Shown piece by piece: positions 1 to 13,129 of a DNA stretch of 64,000 nucleotides; within the stretch, counting starts at the first letter, position 1, and every line of letters begins with the position of its first letter. This DNA comes from Callorhinchus milii. Its lineage: Eukaryota. A model generated the notes under the pieces. The model did no database searches. It worked only from the letters and a program-made list of their open reading frames with translations, and was not told the DNA's origin. Location: contig NW_024704743.1 of the NCBI RefSeq assembly GCF_018977255.1, positions 21,826,001-21,890,000 of the forward strand, in the 5' to 3' direction. The translations under genes were made by a program, and so were the position numbers.

Positions 1-185
1 CGTTATACAAATGTAATGTGTTGTTGTTATTGTTGAAAAGGTGGATGTTGATAGATTGCATTCACTTGTTGGTGAATCTTAAACTAGAGGGCATAAAGAA
101 GAGAACCAGCGGTAGATTTAATAGGGCATTTAGGGGGCACGTCTTAAGAGTTAACTTATTGTACACCTGAGGGAAAAGGGAAGAG

Positions 186-885
186 CAACAACAACAAGAT
201 TTCATTTATAGAGCGCCTTTCACGTCAGGAGGACATCCCAAGGCACTGGACAGTTGGGTCGGGACCCGAGCAGGGGGAAAATGGTTAGGGTGAGGGGAGG
301 GAAGGGAGGGAGCGAGGAGGGGTAGAGAGTCGAGAGGGGAGCTGAAGGCACGGTTGAAGAGAAAGGTCTTGAGACCGGCCTTCAAGGAGGAAAGGGAGGA
401 AGCAAGGCGAAGGCACTGGGGGATGGAGTTCCAGAGCCTAGGGGCTGAGAGGCTGAAGGCCCGGCCACCGATGGTAGAGCGGTTGGGGCGGGGGATGTGG
501 AGCAGACCGGAGCCAGAGGAACGGAGGGTACGGGCAGGTAAGTAGCGGATAGTAGGTCAGAGAGGTAGGAGGGAGCAAGGCCGTGAATGGCCTTGTAGGT
601 GAGGGTGAGGATCTTGAATTCGATCCTCTGGGGGATGGGGAGCCAGTGGAGGCGAGCGAGGGTGGGAGTGATGTGGTCCCGAAGCCTGGTGCGGGACAGT
701 ACACGAGCTGCAGAGTTCTGAATGACCTGCAGCTTGTGGAGGGAGGTGCCGGGAAGGCCGGCGAGGAGAGAGTTCCCATAGTCCAGCCTTGAGGTGATAA
801 AGGCGTGAACCAGGGTTTCAGCAGCGTGAGGGGTGAGGTAGTGCCGAAGTCTGGCGATATTCCGGAGGTGATGGAAGGCGGTGCT
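186..885 (-). mobile_element. 5'-truncated L2 LINE, young subfamily
   Basis: Encodes the L2 ORF2 C-terminus (LHWLPIPQRIEFKIL). The 3' end is a stem-loop plus (TTG)n tail. Nearly identical to the copies at 15004 and 48594. Confidence 0.9.
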
Positions 886-1741
886 AGAAGGGGTGCGGAC
901 TCATGTGAAACTTAAACACTGTCAGGGACTGGTTGTGCCACATTACTCTATGTATCTCTCTGTAAGTAAATAATCACAATGATGCACCGTATCACTCTCT
1001 TTTCCAGTGAGAGTAGGCAGAGCTGCACTTTCTTCTCTTGACAGTGCAAGCATCTAAGACCTACAGCCATCACTTTGGGGAAATTTCTGAATCAGTCCCG
1101 CTCTCTCTATATCTATCAACAAGCGAATGACTGAATATCACATAGTGTGCCTTCCTCAATGTTATTTTGATTCTCAATTTGTACAATAAGACGGCTATTT
1201 TGCATGAGTTTATTAGAAATATAGTTGAGCGACTTAGAATCGTTTCACCAAAAGAGCAAACCAAAAAATGTGAGAGTAACTTATAACCAGAGAGCATGTT
1301 AGGGTTCTTAAAAATGTGTACTGAGTATCCAAAAAATCTGTACAAAATGATCATGCGAGCATATGGACCAATCAACTGGTCCAACCCCCGAGATTGGTCA
1401 ATCTATACATCCTAAATAAAAATGCGCAACAAGTGATTCAACACGGATCAATCCAGTGACATCTTTCATTCCCGTCTAAGCCTCAAGATCTGTTGATGAA
1501 GTTATCTTGCTGCATTTTCCTGACCAGTCATCTTTTTCTTTTGTTTGCATAATATACGCGTGATTTCACATTAATTGGGTCTCTGAAATACAGACATTTT
1601 ACAATAGTTCTTGTAAGCCTTAAAAGAAGCACACTTAACAATTCAGAACTCGTGTCCTCTGCTGCACCAGGCTCCGCAAAATAATCACCCCGTTTAATGG
1701 ACCTTCCTTTCCTGCAAGGCCACCCAGTGTAGTGAGCTTAC

Positions 1742-1847
1742 CTCAGTACTGTTGAGTCTACAGTTGTGTGTTCCTCCGAACCATCCTTCAGACGAGCACT
1801 GGTCAATGTCTACACTCTGAAGATCCACGTCAACTCGAATCACACCC
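1742..1847 (-). CDS. GPR158: Second coding exon of the GPR158-like gene
   Basis: Acceptor ttcttcttccag|G and donor GAG|gtaagc. 106 nt = 1 + 35 codons, completing the phase-2 Arg codon from the first coding exon. Encodes GVIRVDVDLQSVDIDQCSSEGWFGGTHNCRLNSTE, matching the family segment GVMKVDINLQKVDIDQCSSDGWFSGTHKCHLNNSE (recalled human GPR158). Not in the ORF track. Confidence 0.93.
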
Positions 1848-1994
1848 CTGGAAGAAGAATAAAATGACTAATTATCACAGCTAGATGGCAATAATTATAG
1901 TAACAATAATCCTTGCATTTCATATATTGCCCATAATGTTGAAACGTTTCAAACTGCTTTACAGTAATTACGATTAAATTACTGTATTTGTTAC

Positions 1995-2175
1995 ATCCAG
2001 CCTCGATTTTTAGAATGCCCTTCTCGCTGGTCATCCCAGCTCCATCACCCACAAAATTCAACTGATCCAAAACTCTGCTGCCTGTATTATCACCAAAACC
2101 AAACACCGCAATCACTCCAGTCCTTGCCAGGCTCCACTGGCTCCCTATTGCAGAATGAATGGATTTCAAGATCCA
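1995..2175 (+). mobile_element. Degraded L2 ORF2 fragment
   Basis: Segment ...atcactccagtccttgccaggctccactggctccct...ttcaagat encodes ITPVLARLHWLP-like sequence. Confidence 0.7.
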
Positions 2176-2654
2176 TCCATTCTGCAATAGGGAGCATTGT
2201 TGCAGAATACAAATCTATCCAAGCCCAAGCACCTCCCAGTTCTCTAATTACTTCAGTAAGTTATCTTTGCAGTCTTAGCTAGTTCAAGGAGACATGTAGT
2301 ACTAGTTTAAGAACACTCTACCCGTTGTCTCATAGCTTTTCTTCGCTTAGTGGGTTCATGCTACTTGGATGAGCGGATAGGAGGTAGTAGCTTCTTTAAG
2401 ACCTCAGCTGCAGAAGCAAGGAAGTCTTTGACTACATCGTCGGTCATTGAATCTGCACAGATCAGCTTCATGTCCATCAATATCTGAGTAGCTTGGCGCG
2501 ATCACTTGGAACACAAGCGACATCAGCTACTCTGACCTGGCTGTTAACCTCTCATCACAGGATCAGTGAAATGCAAATTCCCTTGCCACAGAAGGTAACT
2601 GGCCAATGGTCTGAAGTTTCACTGGGTCTCTAACAATGTATTGAACTAATTAAT

Positions 2655-2820
2655 AGAATCATAGAATTATACAGTGCAGAAGGAGGCCATTTGGCCCAAT
2701 TGTCCATACCGGTTCTTTGAAAGAGCTGCCTAAATTAATCCCACTCCCTTGCTCTCTCCCCATAGCCCTGCAAATTTGACCTCCCCAAGCATCTATCTGC
2801 TTACTTTGAAGGATTTTACT
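2655..2820 (-). mobile_element. CR1 LINE 3' end
   Basis: tagaatcatagaa...cagaaggaggccatttggccc is the reverse complement of the CR1 3' end at 37180-37250. Confidence 0.75.
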
Positions 2821-5800
2821 TAAATCCTGCGTGACATATTATCATATACTCTGCCACTCAATCCACAACTGTACCCAAAAGACTGATGTACACAATGGCT
2901 GCCGCGTTTCACCTACAAAATATACAGTTAATCTACTTTACAATATATTCTGTGAAGTGCTTTGAGGCATCTCAACAATGTGATAAGACTCTATATCAAA
3001 TGCAAGGACTATTATTATTATGCTACTAACCCTTAGAGTGCAATGGTTATGTTTTTTGTCCAACTCATTTAATAGGGGACCACCAATATTCATGATTCCC
3101 ACTTCCTAAGGTAGACATAGTACAATATTTTAACAATGATTCTTGATTACAAATCTGGTTTCCTAGTCCTACTCACTTTTCCGATGGAAGTGATGTCAAC
3201 TCTGTGCAAACTAACATTAGCATTAATGTTGCAATAGGGACACACGTCATCCTTCAGTTTCATCACTGATGCACTCAGACCCCACGGTAGTGCTGCTTAG
3301 CAATGAGGCCAATGAGTCATGTAGCTGGAAGTGTTAACTAGCCTTTTGACAATAGTGTTTGTGGACCTATACTGATGTAGTTTGGGAGCTGGAACATAGA
3401 AAGAATATATAAATGTCTCCAGCTGAACTTAAATGACAGACAATTCTCTCAACAGCAGCACATGAAAATCAGGGGTATAAATATTGCATCTATAGTTAAC
3501 CAATAAAGGTCAATTATAGATCTAAACTCTTAAATAAGTGAATCCAAAATATGTTTTTAATAACACAGGCTGAGATTAACAGTCTGCTTTATAAATGACA
3601 AATCTCTGTAATTAAATGTCACTGGTTATCTAATATTCTGGCTCTAAATATATAGCTTCCAATCTTTGATCCTGACTAATAAAGCGTAACAAAAAAAACT
3701 GGATTAGCTACTCTGACACATTTCTAATAAAGTCAGCTTTGAGCATGTGCATACCCACTGCTTAATCCCTATTCAGCCATTGCTGTCAGATCATTCTCTC
3801 ACACAGTAAGCTCAGTTCATATTCCTAGAGCAGTGTGTTTACCCCACAGAGGGGTTTGTTCAAGAATGGAACACAAGCTCCTGTTCTGGTTATTCCATTT
3901 TGAGGAAGTACTAAATAAAAGCAAGATATTGTACTTCTGCACAAGCAACAACAACAACTTGCAGTTATATTGCAGCCTTCATGCAGGATACAGCATCTCA
4001 GAGCGCACAAGTCGGGTGGAATAATTATTCCGGTCTACTGGCCAACAACCCCCCAAATATAATTGATCACTCACTCCATGGCTCTTTGGAGGATGTTATT
4101 GTGTGCAAATTGGCTGCTTTGTTCACCCACAAAATAAAGAGTCGCACCAATTTACAGTGTATCCTGTGAAGCACTATATAGGATTATAATTGTACAATAA
4201 TATTTGGAGGAAGCATGTTGTCATAAGTACGTATTACATACAGAACATATAGAACAAAATACAAAATGGTTATTGGGACATAAGGAGGCTGCCCAGAATC
4301 TAGAGGCAACAAGGATAATCCACAGAGTAAGAGAAATGAGCAACAATTAGATAAGATAAGGTTCTTCGGTCTTGAAAGGAGATGTCTCAGTGGTCACCTT
4401 ATACAGCCATACACAATTTTAAATGGGATTGAAAAAGTAAACCCAGAACAATACTTTTAATAATAATAATAATAATAATCCTTGCATTTGATATAGCGCT
4501 TTTCACGTCGAGAGGACGTCCCAAAGCGCTTCACAGAATAGACTGTAAAGTGAATTGACTGTATATTTGTGGGCGAACGCGGCAGCCAATTGTAGCAAAT
4601 GGGACAAAGGGCCTTCTACATCCAAACTAATCATGTGATTTTGTGATATTATTTGCTAGCTGCACATCAGTGAGTCATTCAATGAAACGTCGTAAGCAAA
4701 CAGGCCATCAACTGCCACCACATTCACTCCTCTGCCAATTTGGTGTTGCACATGTTAGTTGTTGCACTCTGAAATGTATGGACATTATTTACTATTGCAG
4801 ATTTGCTGTCACTTTGTTGATGAACTAGCCTGCAAAGTATTCACTCAATACACTTTCACTGAATTACCACAGAGACTGCCTTAAACCACTTCAGAATAAT
4901 AATTTCAGACTTCTTTCAAGCACGTTTATACATCCAACAGTAAATATAGTATTACTCGATCCAGCCTCAGTAAAACTATTCTGTGAGACTTTACAAATCA
5001 TTGCTTTCCTTTGCTGTGTAGAAATTTATTTAGAAAATTTACAATTTGGTAATTATAATCAGAAAATAATGATCACACCATTTCTAGTGTTGTGTTCTGT
5101 ACTCTAGTTAAAATATGTGTTATATCATTAAATAATAATAATAAATTGGTCACTCAATTCATGACTGTTTGTGGGACACTGCTGTGCCCAATTGGCTGCC
5201 GCGTTTCGACCACAAAATATACAGTCAATTGACTTTACAGTATATTCTGTGAAGCGATTTGAGACGTCCCGAAGACATGATAAGGCGCTATATCAAATGC
5301 AAGGATTATTATTATTGTTATTGGTCTATTTATTTTTACTGTTCAGCACTAGACTGACTTACATAAACTGCAGCATAGCAAAAAGAAACCATCTATTGAA
5401 ACCCCATAAAACCATGTATTAACCCATCCCTTCCCAAACGACAACTCCAACCATCAAACACAGTAATTGTCCAGGTAGGACTTGCAGCTTTGGCTTGCGA
5501 GGTGTAAATCTAATCCATATTTAAACATATGATACGTGTTTAAACACATGAACATATTTTATCATCTTCAAAAAGGAAAAAGAGTGGATCCACTAAGATT
5601 CAAACACAGAACACTCCTTGTCTGATGTCATTGTCCCCCTCCAAATTATATGAAGGTCATATGATATATGAAACGCTCTTTAACCGCACTTTCGGTCATC
5701 TTTCCCATCTCCCCTCGGCTCCACCTCCCGATCAGGTAGCCACCAAGTATTGTTAAGCGCTTTGAGGTGTCCTCCCAATGTGAGATGTGCTCTATAAATT

Positions 5801-6689
5801 CATACTGTATTGTATTGTCACATCGTCAAAACATCTCAAAGCACTTCACAGGATTTACTGGAAAGCGAAGAGACTGTTTATTTGGTATTTAATTTGAAAC
5901 TAAACAACGGTTCAAACTACGCAAAGTCTATGGGAGCCCTTTCGGTTTAAATTACTTCCACCTGCTAAGTTAGAAAATCACAGAATAATAAAAAAATTAT
6001 TTCCTACCATGAACAAAATGCCGAGTAATCATCAGTGATAAGGACAAAATATGCTGTTGTTTTGTCTTGGTCAAACATCACATTACACATCCTTCCCTCC
6101 AACAATGTAATTATGCCAACAAAACACACAGTCACTACACATCACAGTTTGTCCTGTTAAGCAATTTGAGGCATCTCCCAATGTAAAAGGTGCTATATCA
6201 AATCCAAAGATTATTATTATTTAACATTTAACAGATTTGGGGAGGTACAGAAAATCCTGAATTTTGCATCTGTCTTTGAAGACCGTCCACTGTAAAAGCG
6301 TTAATATACTCTTAATGTAATGGCTGTAAAACACAATCTGAACAAAGTGGAACCTAACTGCAAAGTTTATGTGTTGCTGTTGGAAATTAAACAGGAAGTT
6401 GAATTGATTTACGATTATCTTTGTTCAACTATATTGAACATCATTATTCAATTAATCACTTTGGGGGCGGTGTGAAGTGAAGCTATTGATTCCATCCATT
6501 GCACAGAGCCACATCACCTTGTCAGCTAAACAAAAATGCGAAAAGACAGTGCATTGCTAGAGGTGCCTTCAGATGAAACATTAAACCAAGGTCCTGTAAG
6601 ACTGTTCAGGTGGACACTAAAAATCCTGTGGTACTTCTCAAAACAAAGATACAGCTTCTTCTTGCGTTCTGATCAAAAATCAACCAGAT

Positions 6690-7070
6690 ATAATAATAAT
6701 CCTTGCATTTGGTATAGTGCCTTATACCGAATGCAACGTCCTCCCAACGTGAAAGGCGCTATACAAATGTAATGTTGTTGTTGCCTTATCACATCTTCGA
6801 AATGTCTCAAAGCGCTTCACAGAATATACTGCAAAGTGAATTGACTGTATATTTTTTGGGAGAAATGCGGTAACTAATTGTATACAGCAGTGTCCCACAA
6901 ACAGTCGTGGATTGAGTGACCAAATTATTATTTTTATTAATTTTTTTTTAAAGAGTTATTACCCCCAGAAAGGCGATCCACCAGTCGACTAAAAAACAGG
7001 TTCCTACTCACCGCTAGGTAAGTGGCATGTGAAGTATGGAAACTTGCCTATTGTTTTGCCCTAACCAATA
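6690..7070 (-). mobile_element. tRNA-derived SINE (family B, long form), with a 56-bp L2 tail inserted at 6726-6781
   Basis: (AAT)n-CCTTGCATTTG tail and central ggttcctact...ctaggtaa block. The inserted L2 tail is flanked by TSD TGCCTTAT (6718-6725 and 6782-6789). Confidence 0.8.
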
Positions 7071-7092
7071 TGCTACACAACGCCGCAATATA

Positions 7093-7633
7093 CAGTGGAA
7101 GCCGCTTTAACTGGACACCGGTTAATCCCGGACACTGGGTAAATCGGACAAAACGCTCAGTCCCAATTGATTTGTATTGTCACCCATTTTAAATATGATG
7201 GGTAATTTGGACAAAAACCTGGTTAATCCGAACAAACTGCCTTGCTGGTCGCCGCTACATCTACTCACTCTGTGTCTCGAGGATGGAGGCTGGAGAAGTC
7301 ACACAGTTATGATTGACAGCCGACTCCAGCCATTCACATATGGCTCTGGATGTCAATCAGTGGAGGGGAGGGGGGGGGGGAGGGGGAGGGGGAGGAATGG
7401 GGAAGAAACTCGGGAGGGAATGGGAGAAGCCAATCACGACTGATTGACAGCTGGATCTGCCAGTGATGGGTGGAGCCCATCCATTCACAATTGGCTTCAG
7501 AACTTTGTCTCGAAGACGTGATGAGGCATTATATTAAATGCAAGGATTATTGTTATTATTATTAACCTCGAACGCCACTTAAGCCAGACAAATCGACCGG
7601 TCCCGATGTGTCCGTCTTAAGCGGCCTCCACTG
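7093..7633. mobile_element. Tigger/pogo-like (Tc1/mariner superfamily) non-autonomous DNA transposon (MITE)
   Basis: 26-bp TIRs, CAGTGGAAGCCGCTTTAACTGGACAC and (reverse complement) CAGTGGAGGCCGCTTAAGACGGACAC, 21/26 identical. TA flanks at 7091-7092 and 7634-7635. No transposase ORF. Confidence 0.85.
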
Positions 7634-8337
7634 TAATGGTCATTCACTTCACTGCTCTTTGTGGGATTTTGGTATGTGCAAATTGGCTGCCACATTTGTC
7701 AACAATTACCCAGTACACTTTACAGCTTATCTTCTAAAGCGCTTAGAGATGATGCAACAACATGATAAGTTGCTGAATCAAATGTAGGCGGGAAATTATC
7801 GAGTAATAATAATAATAATAATTATCGAGTAAATTACATAAGAGAATAAAGTAACAAATACATTTTCTGTGAAGCAACAGCTATCATAAAGCCAGTCAAT
7901 AAACTGTCGTCACACGCTGTGGTGAGGATCTATGCGACTGCTCATTCAGACTCTTAAAAGAAGTTTTAAAAAATGTTGTCATAGCAACCATCTGAACTGG
8001 GAAGAGTGTGAATCTACTCTGTTGGTTTACAAGCCTACATCAGGACTAGTGTGAAAATTAGACTGGATCTTAATGTCACAGGTTCTTGGATTGTTTCTTA
8101 TCCCAGACACACAGGGTGATCCACAAAAACACTGCAACCCGATTACAAGTATAATCACAAGCGGCTTTCTGAAGTGCTACTTCATTTGCTGACAAGTCTA
8201 GAAGATGATCTCCAGCTGATAATTACCCATGCCCTGGATGTCAGCGTAAATAAGGCAATGCAATATTGCAATGGCCTCCTGTAGTGTACTTGTTCAGATA
8301 ATGTTTCACACACTAGCCTTTCTTCATATGTATAATA

Positions 8338-9659
8338 CTAGCTGTACCAATTGCAGCTTCGCTCTTGCAAACAAAGAATGTAGATTGACACAAAGACAGA
8401 TACAGGGACAGATGTTTCATCTTTATTTATACTCATATCGAGAGGACTCCGTGGAGGACTCAGCGCTTCAAAAATGTAATTTTGTTGTTGTTGCCGCGGC
8501 TTACCTTTGTCTGTGTTAGTTTGGTGGTATGAGCACCATCCACGGATATACGCTCCACCTTACTAAGCCAGTCCAGAACCTTGGCTTCTTGTTTGACCCT
8601 CAACTATCCTTTCAACCCCACACCCTGCAGGGTCCCGCTCTGCCTTCCCCCACCTCCGCAACATCACCCGGCTCCGCCACTGTCTCACACCACAGGCCGC
8701 CGAGACCCTCATCCACGCATAACATCCAGGCTCGACTACGCAAACTCCCTGCTTGCCGGCATCCACAACTCCTCCCTCCACAGACTGCAGATTATCCAGA
8801 ACTCTGCAGCTCTTGTCCTCTCCCGCACCAGGCTCCATGATCCCATCACCCCCATTCTCACCCGGCTACACTGGCTTCCCATCACACAGAGGATACAGTT
8901 CAAGATCCTGGTTCTCACCTTCAAAGCCCTCCATGGCCTTGCTCCCCCCTACCTCTGCAACCTCCTAACCCCCTACCATCCTGCCCACTCCCTCCGCTAA
9001 GTGGGCTCCGGCCTGCTTCACGTCCCCCACCTTGCCTGCCCTACCATTGACAAGTAGACCTTCTGCCACTCTGCCCCCACCCTCTGGAACTCCATCCCGC
9101 AGCCCCTCCACCTTACCCCCTCTCTTGCCTCCTTCAAGACCCGTCTCAAGACCCTCCTCTTCGACCGTGCTTTCGGTCACCCTCCTTCCCCCCCGCTGAC
9201 CTCCACCCTCCCCGATCCCCAGCTCAGGTCCGAAACACCAATTGTCCTTCGCCTTAGGAGGTCCCGACTTGAAAGGCGCTTTATACAAATGTAATTTTGT
9301 TGTTGTTGTTATTTTGTTCCCACCGCTTGGCTACATGCGTGCTCTGTGACGCAGAATGCCACAGTACCACGGTCAGCTGGTGTGGCTACCAGGTGTAACT
9401 GCAGTATGCTTGTACATACGTAGGTGCTCAGTGACGCACAATGCCACTTTGACTCGTCGACCACCAGGTGTAACTGCAGTGAAAAACCACAAAACTGAAA
9501 ATAACTCATGAGCGACAGGAGATACCCCAAACCAAATATACCCATGTCACTCCCAGGGGCAAGACCTTTCTAATGAGATATAAATTATGTCTCTACATCA
9601 ATTGGTTATTGAGATTCTTCTTGAAGCGCAGACAGACATTGTCATTTTATTAGTATAAA
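8338..9659 (-). mobile_element. Non-autonomous Helitron, copy 1 (interrupted by an L2)
   Basis: Homologous to 16558-17229. 3' end has a TTGCA..TGCAA hairpin then CTAG|T. The 5' end reads tttatactaataaaatgac (TC mutated to TT) followed by a TCTG repeat. Flanks are unrelated to copy 2. Confidence 0.7.
8530..9309 (+). mobile_element. 5'-truncated L2 LINE inserted in Helitron copy 1
   Basis: ITSRLDYANSLLAG...LHWLPITQRIQFKILVLTFKALHGLAPPYL, ending in a (TTG)n tail. Helitron homology resumes on both sides. Confidence 0.9.
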
Positions 9660-10024
9660 AGACAGATATAACAATATATAATAATTCTTATATTTGATAC
9701 AGCGCCTTTCACATTTGGAGGACCTCTCAAAGTGCTTGACTGGATATAATGTAAAGTGTAGTGGCTGTATTTTGCAGCAGCCAAATGCACACAGAAACAG
9801 CCATGAAGTGAATGATATGGATTTCTTTACATGAATTTGAGGATGAGAATCCTTTAAGAAGGTGAGCCACTTTGGGTTAGAACAAAGCCAACAATTTGGT
9901 TGCTTTACACAGCAGTAAGCACACCTTCTGTTTAGTGAAAATTCCATGCATTTTAAGCAAAAGAAAAAATGCAAAGCTTCCTCCATTGCTCCATTGGCAA
10001 CTACACAAGGTGACAGTTATTTAA

Positions 10025-10268
10025 TAATATAATAATAATAATCCTTGCATTTGATATAGTGCTTTTCACGTCTTCTAGACGTATGTATATACAGAATATA
10101 CTGTAAATTGAATTGACTGTATATTTGTGGGCGAACGCGGCAGCCAATTGCGCACAGCAATGTCCCACAAACAATCATGGATTGAAAATGACCAATTTAT
10201 TATTGTTCTTTTGGAGGGATTATTATTAGGCGTATGGAGTAAGGAAACTTGCCCAAGGTTTCGCCCTA
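10025..10268 (-). mobile_element. SINE family B, short form, 5' head missing
   Basis: Shared tail plus ggagtaaggaaacttgcccaagg block. Confidence 0.8.
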
Positions 10269-10639
10269 CATAGTCCCGAGTTGCATACCCAGTTTGTGAT
10301 CATTAGCGGATCACAGAGGGGACACCAGAAAGGATGCTACAACTGTTCTTAGTGGTTCCTTATCAGTAGTCTGATGCCCACTGGAATATGTGTGTACGTA
10401 CACTCAGACCCCTACAGTGGAATAGCCTCCAGACAATGACTGTCTAAGGTTCTGCATGAAAAACTCTCACTTGAGTAAGATGCCAGATGCCAGCTGTCAT
10501 CTATTAAATCATAAGTCAAAGCTTTCAGAAGAAGGGGAAATGTAGTGGAAACCAGATACAGAAAAAGCAAAGTGAAATTCTTCGATGATTTGCATCTACC
10601 TGGAGTCCCGTAGCATTGTGGTTAGAGGACCTGGATTTC

Positions 10640-10945
10640 ATTCCCGGGCAGGGAGAAACCTTAGGCAAGTTTCCTGACTCCACACATCTCTCGTCACCTT
10701 ATAGAAAGTAGGAACCGGGTTGTTAGTCGAATGGTAGTTTGCTTTCTAAGGGTAATATTTGCTCAAAAAAACAAAATGTTATCACTCAATTCATGACTGT
10801 TTGTGGGACACTGCTGTGTGCTATTGGTTGCCACATTTCGCCCACAAAATACACAGTCAATTCACTTTACGTTATCTGTGAAGCACTTTGAGATGTCTCA
10901 AATGACATTGTAACGACTGTATTAAATGCAAGGCTTATTATTATT
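10640..10945 (+). mobile_element. SINE family B, long form, near full length
   Basis: Degenerate tRNA-like head (ggagtcccgtagcattgtggttagag), central agtaggaaccgggttgttagtcga block, and tail aaatgcaaggcttattatt. Confidence 0.8.
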
Positions 10946-13129
10946 ATCTTCATACAAACAACAAATACTGTTCATTGTTAGACCCAACTAGTAAATTAGC
11001 CTATCCAAGGTCGGGCAATAAGGAGCAGAGTTTACATTGGATTGAAGAACTGTTGGAGAGAACTGTTGGTATTGCCTGTCTTTTGTTTGTTCCCGTGCCT
11101 CCCACAGGCAACAAGTGAGACAAGCGGCCCATCACCCAAGTGATGACCCTATCTCTCGCTACCCAGCATTAGTGGTAGTCTTCATTCATCGCAGCCTAAT
11201 CTCTGAAACTCCCTGTGCCTCACCCTCTCCTTTTCGATTGGGCCATTGCTCACCTCCCCCTTCTCCCTTGCTCAACATCCGACCCCACTATCACAAAGCA
11301 CTCCAAGATGTTATCTTAAGTGAAGGGCACTATATAAATGCAAGTTGTTGTGTTTTTCTGCTGTTCTCTCCCTCACTTTTTGTCTTTGTCTCCTTTTCCA
11401 TGGTTGTCCTATCTCCTTGTGGGTTTGTACTCTCTATCTCTCTCCTGTGATTGTATCTATCACTCTGTATCTCATCAGTCTTTCTCTGAGTCTTTGCCTT
11501 TGTCTGTTGCAAATTGTCTCATACACGCTTGTTCATTCCTATGCTCCCTGGCATATCTGCCACACTATCAGAGGGGTTCTTTAAGCCATTCTGCCCCTGC
11601 TCTCTGGAATTCCATCCAGAAGTCCCTCCGACTTGCTCCAACACCCTTTTCAAGGGACATCTTAAATTGTATCTCTTTGATCGTGCTTTGGTTATCTTAC
11701 CTCTCCCCAGTGCTCCTGGCTTCCACCCCCACCCCAAGCCAGCACTGTGAAGCATTTTGAGATGAACGGAGACAAGCACAATTCATGTAATCATGCATGG
11801 GAAATTTCTATGCATACCTAAAGTTCTCAATAGTTTGGTTTGGATACTTTTAAGCATGGTGATGTGCTTCTGCGTGTGACAAACAATCGGCTAAATAAAA
11901 AACTGAAATAATTCCTTTGTAATCAAGATGGTTACAACCAAGTTGATCTATTTTTAGAAACTTGGCTACTTAGACTCTAATGTCTCAAAAGACAGACACA
12001 GCAATTGGTCACAATAGTTAATTTTTGAACAGTGGATTACAAAGAGAGATAGGGAGAGAGAGCGAGAGGGAGAATACGAATAGATTATCTTTCATTGGAA
12101 TATCTTTGATGTTTTAGATTCCCACTGTGACTTAATAAATCTTGTCTTAAGAAGAGCTAAGTGCAAAATTGTTGGCCATGAAAAAACAGGCAGTTGTACT
12201 CCAATTTCTTCGTTAACAATAAATAATAAAAATAATAATCTTGCATTTGATAAGTATCTTATCTTATTGTCAAGACATCTCAAAGCCCTTCACAGGATAT
12301 ACAGTGAAGTGCCATGACTGTGTGTATTTTGTGGGTAAATGCGGCAGCCAATTTTGTGCACAGCAGTGTCCCACAAACAGCCAATGAAGATAATGTAAGC
12401 CAGGACTTCAAGACGTGCTGATAGTCTGCATGGAAATTGACTTTCAACTTTTGCAAGTGAGGGGAAGAAATCAATAGAAAGTTGTTTATCCGCACGCCAA
12501 ACTGACCACATAGCAGTTTAACTGCCCAGGTTTCCCATGCATTTGGTCCACAGAACACGCAGTCGTAACCACTTTGATGTATACCTGGTGAAGCACTTTG
12601 AAAGAAGAGATATGTCTCGATGACATGAAAGCCATTATATCAAATGCAAGATTATTATTATTAATTGTTGGATATGTTAGTTCCATTTTTTCAATATGAC
12701 CTTCATTGCAAGTGAAAACCCGGTTTGTAGATTGACTCCCCCAAAAGATACATATGATTACCAAGAGTCTACACAATATATATCACAATCTTCCATTCCA
12801 ACAGATATGACAGACAATTCTCTTTCCATCCAACTATGAAAAGTAGACCATTTTGTGATGTGCTGAATATGTTCTCTTTAAACCTTGAATGACTAAAGGG
12901 AATTGTATGTTTTCGAAGAAGATCACTGATTACAAATTAATTTGCCGTCATATTTCATTACTATCACTCTGTCCAGCCAACAACAAACAATTCTGTCAGC
13001 CTTATTTAGGAAACCAATCTATCCGACCCGCAATGGGAATGTAGAAACTTTGGAACAGAAGTAGGGCATTCAGCCCATCAAGCATCCACTGCCATTGTAT
13101 TGTATTAGACAGTGGATCTCTGCGACTGC

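Noticed and set aside
1..1741. Search for the third coding exon (Cys-rich, C.C..GFY-like)
   Set aside because: No matching segment with splice sites found by eye; it probably lies outside the window.
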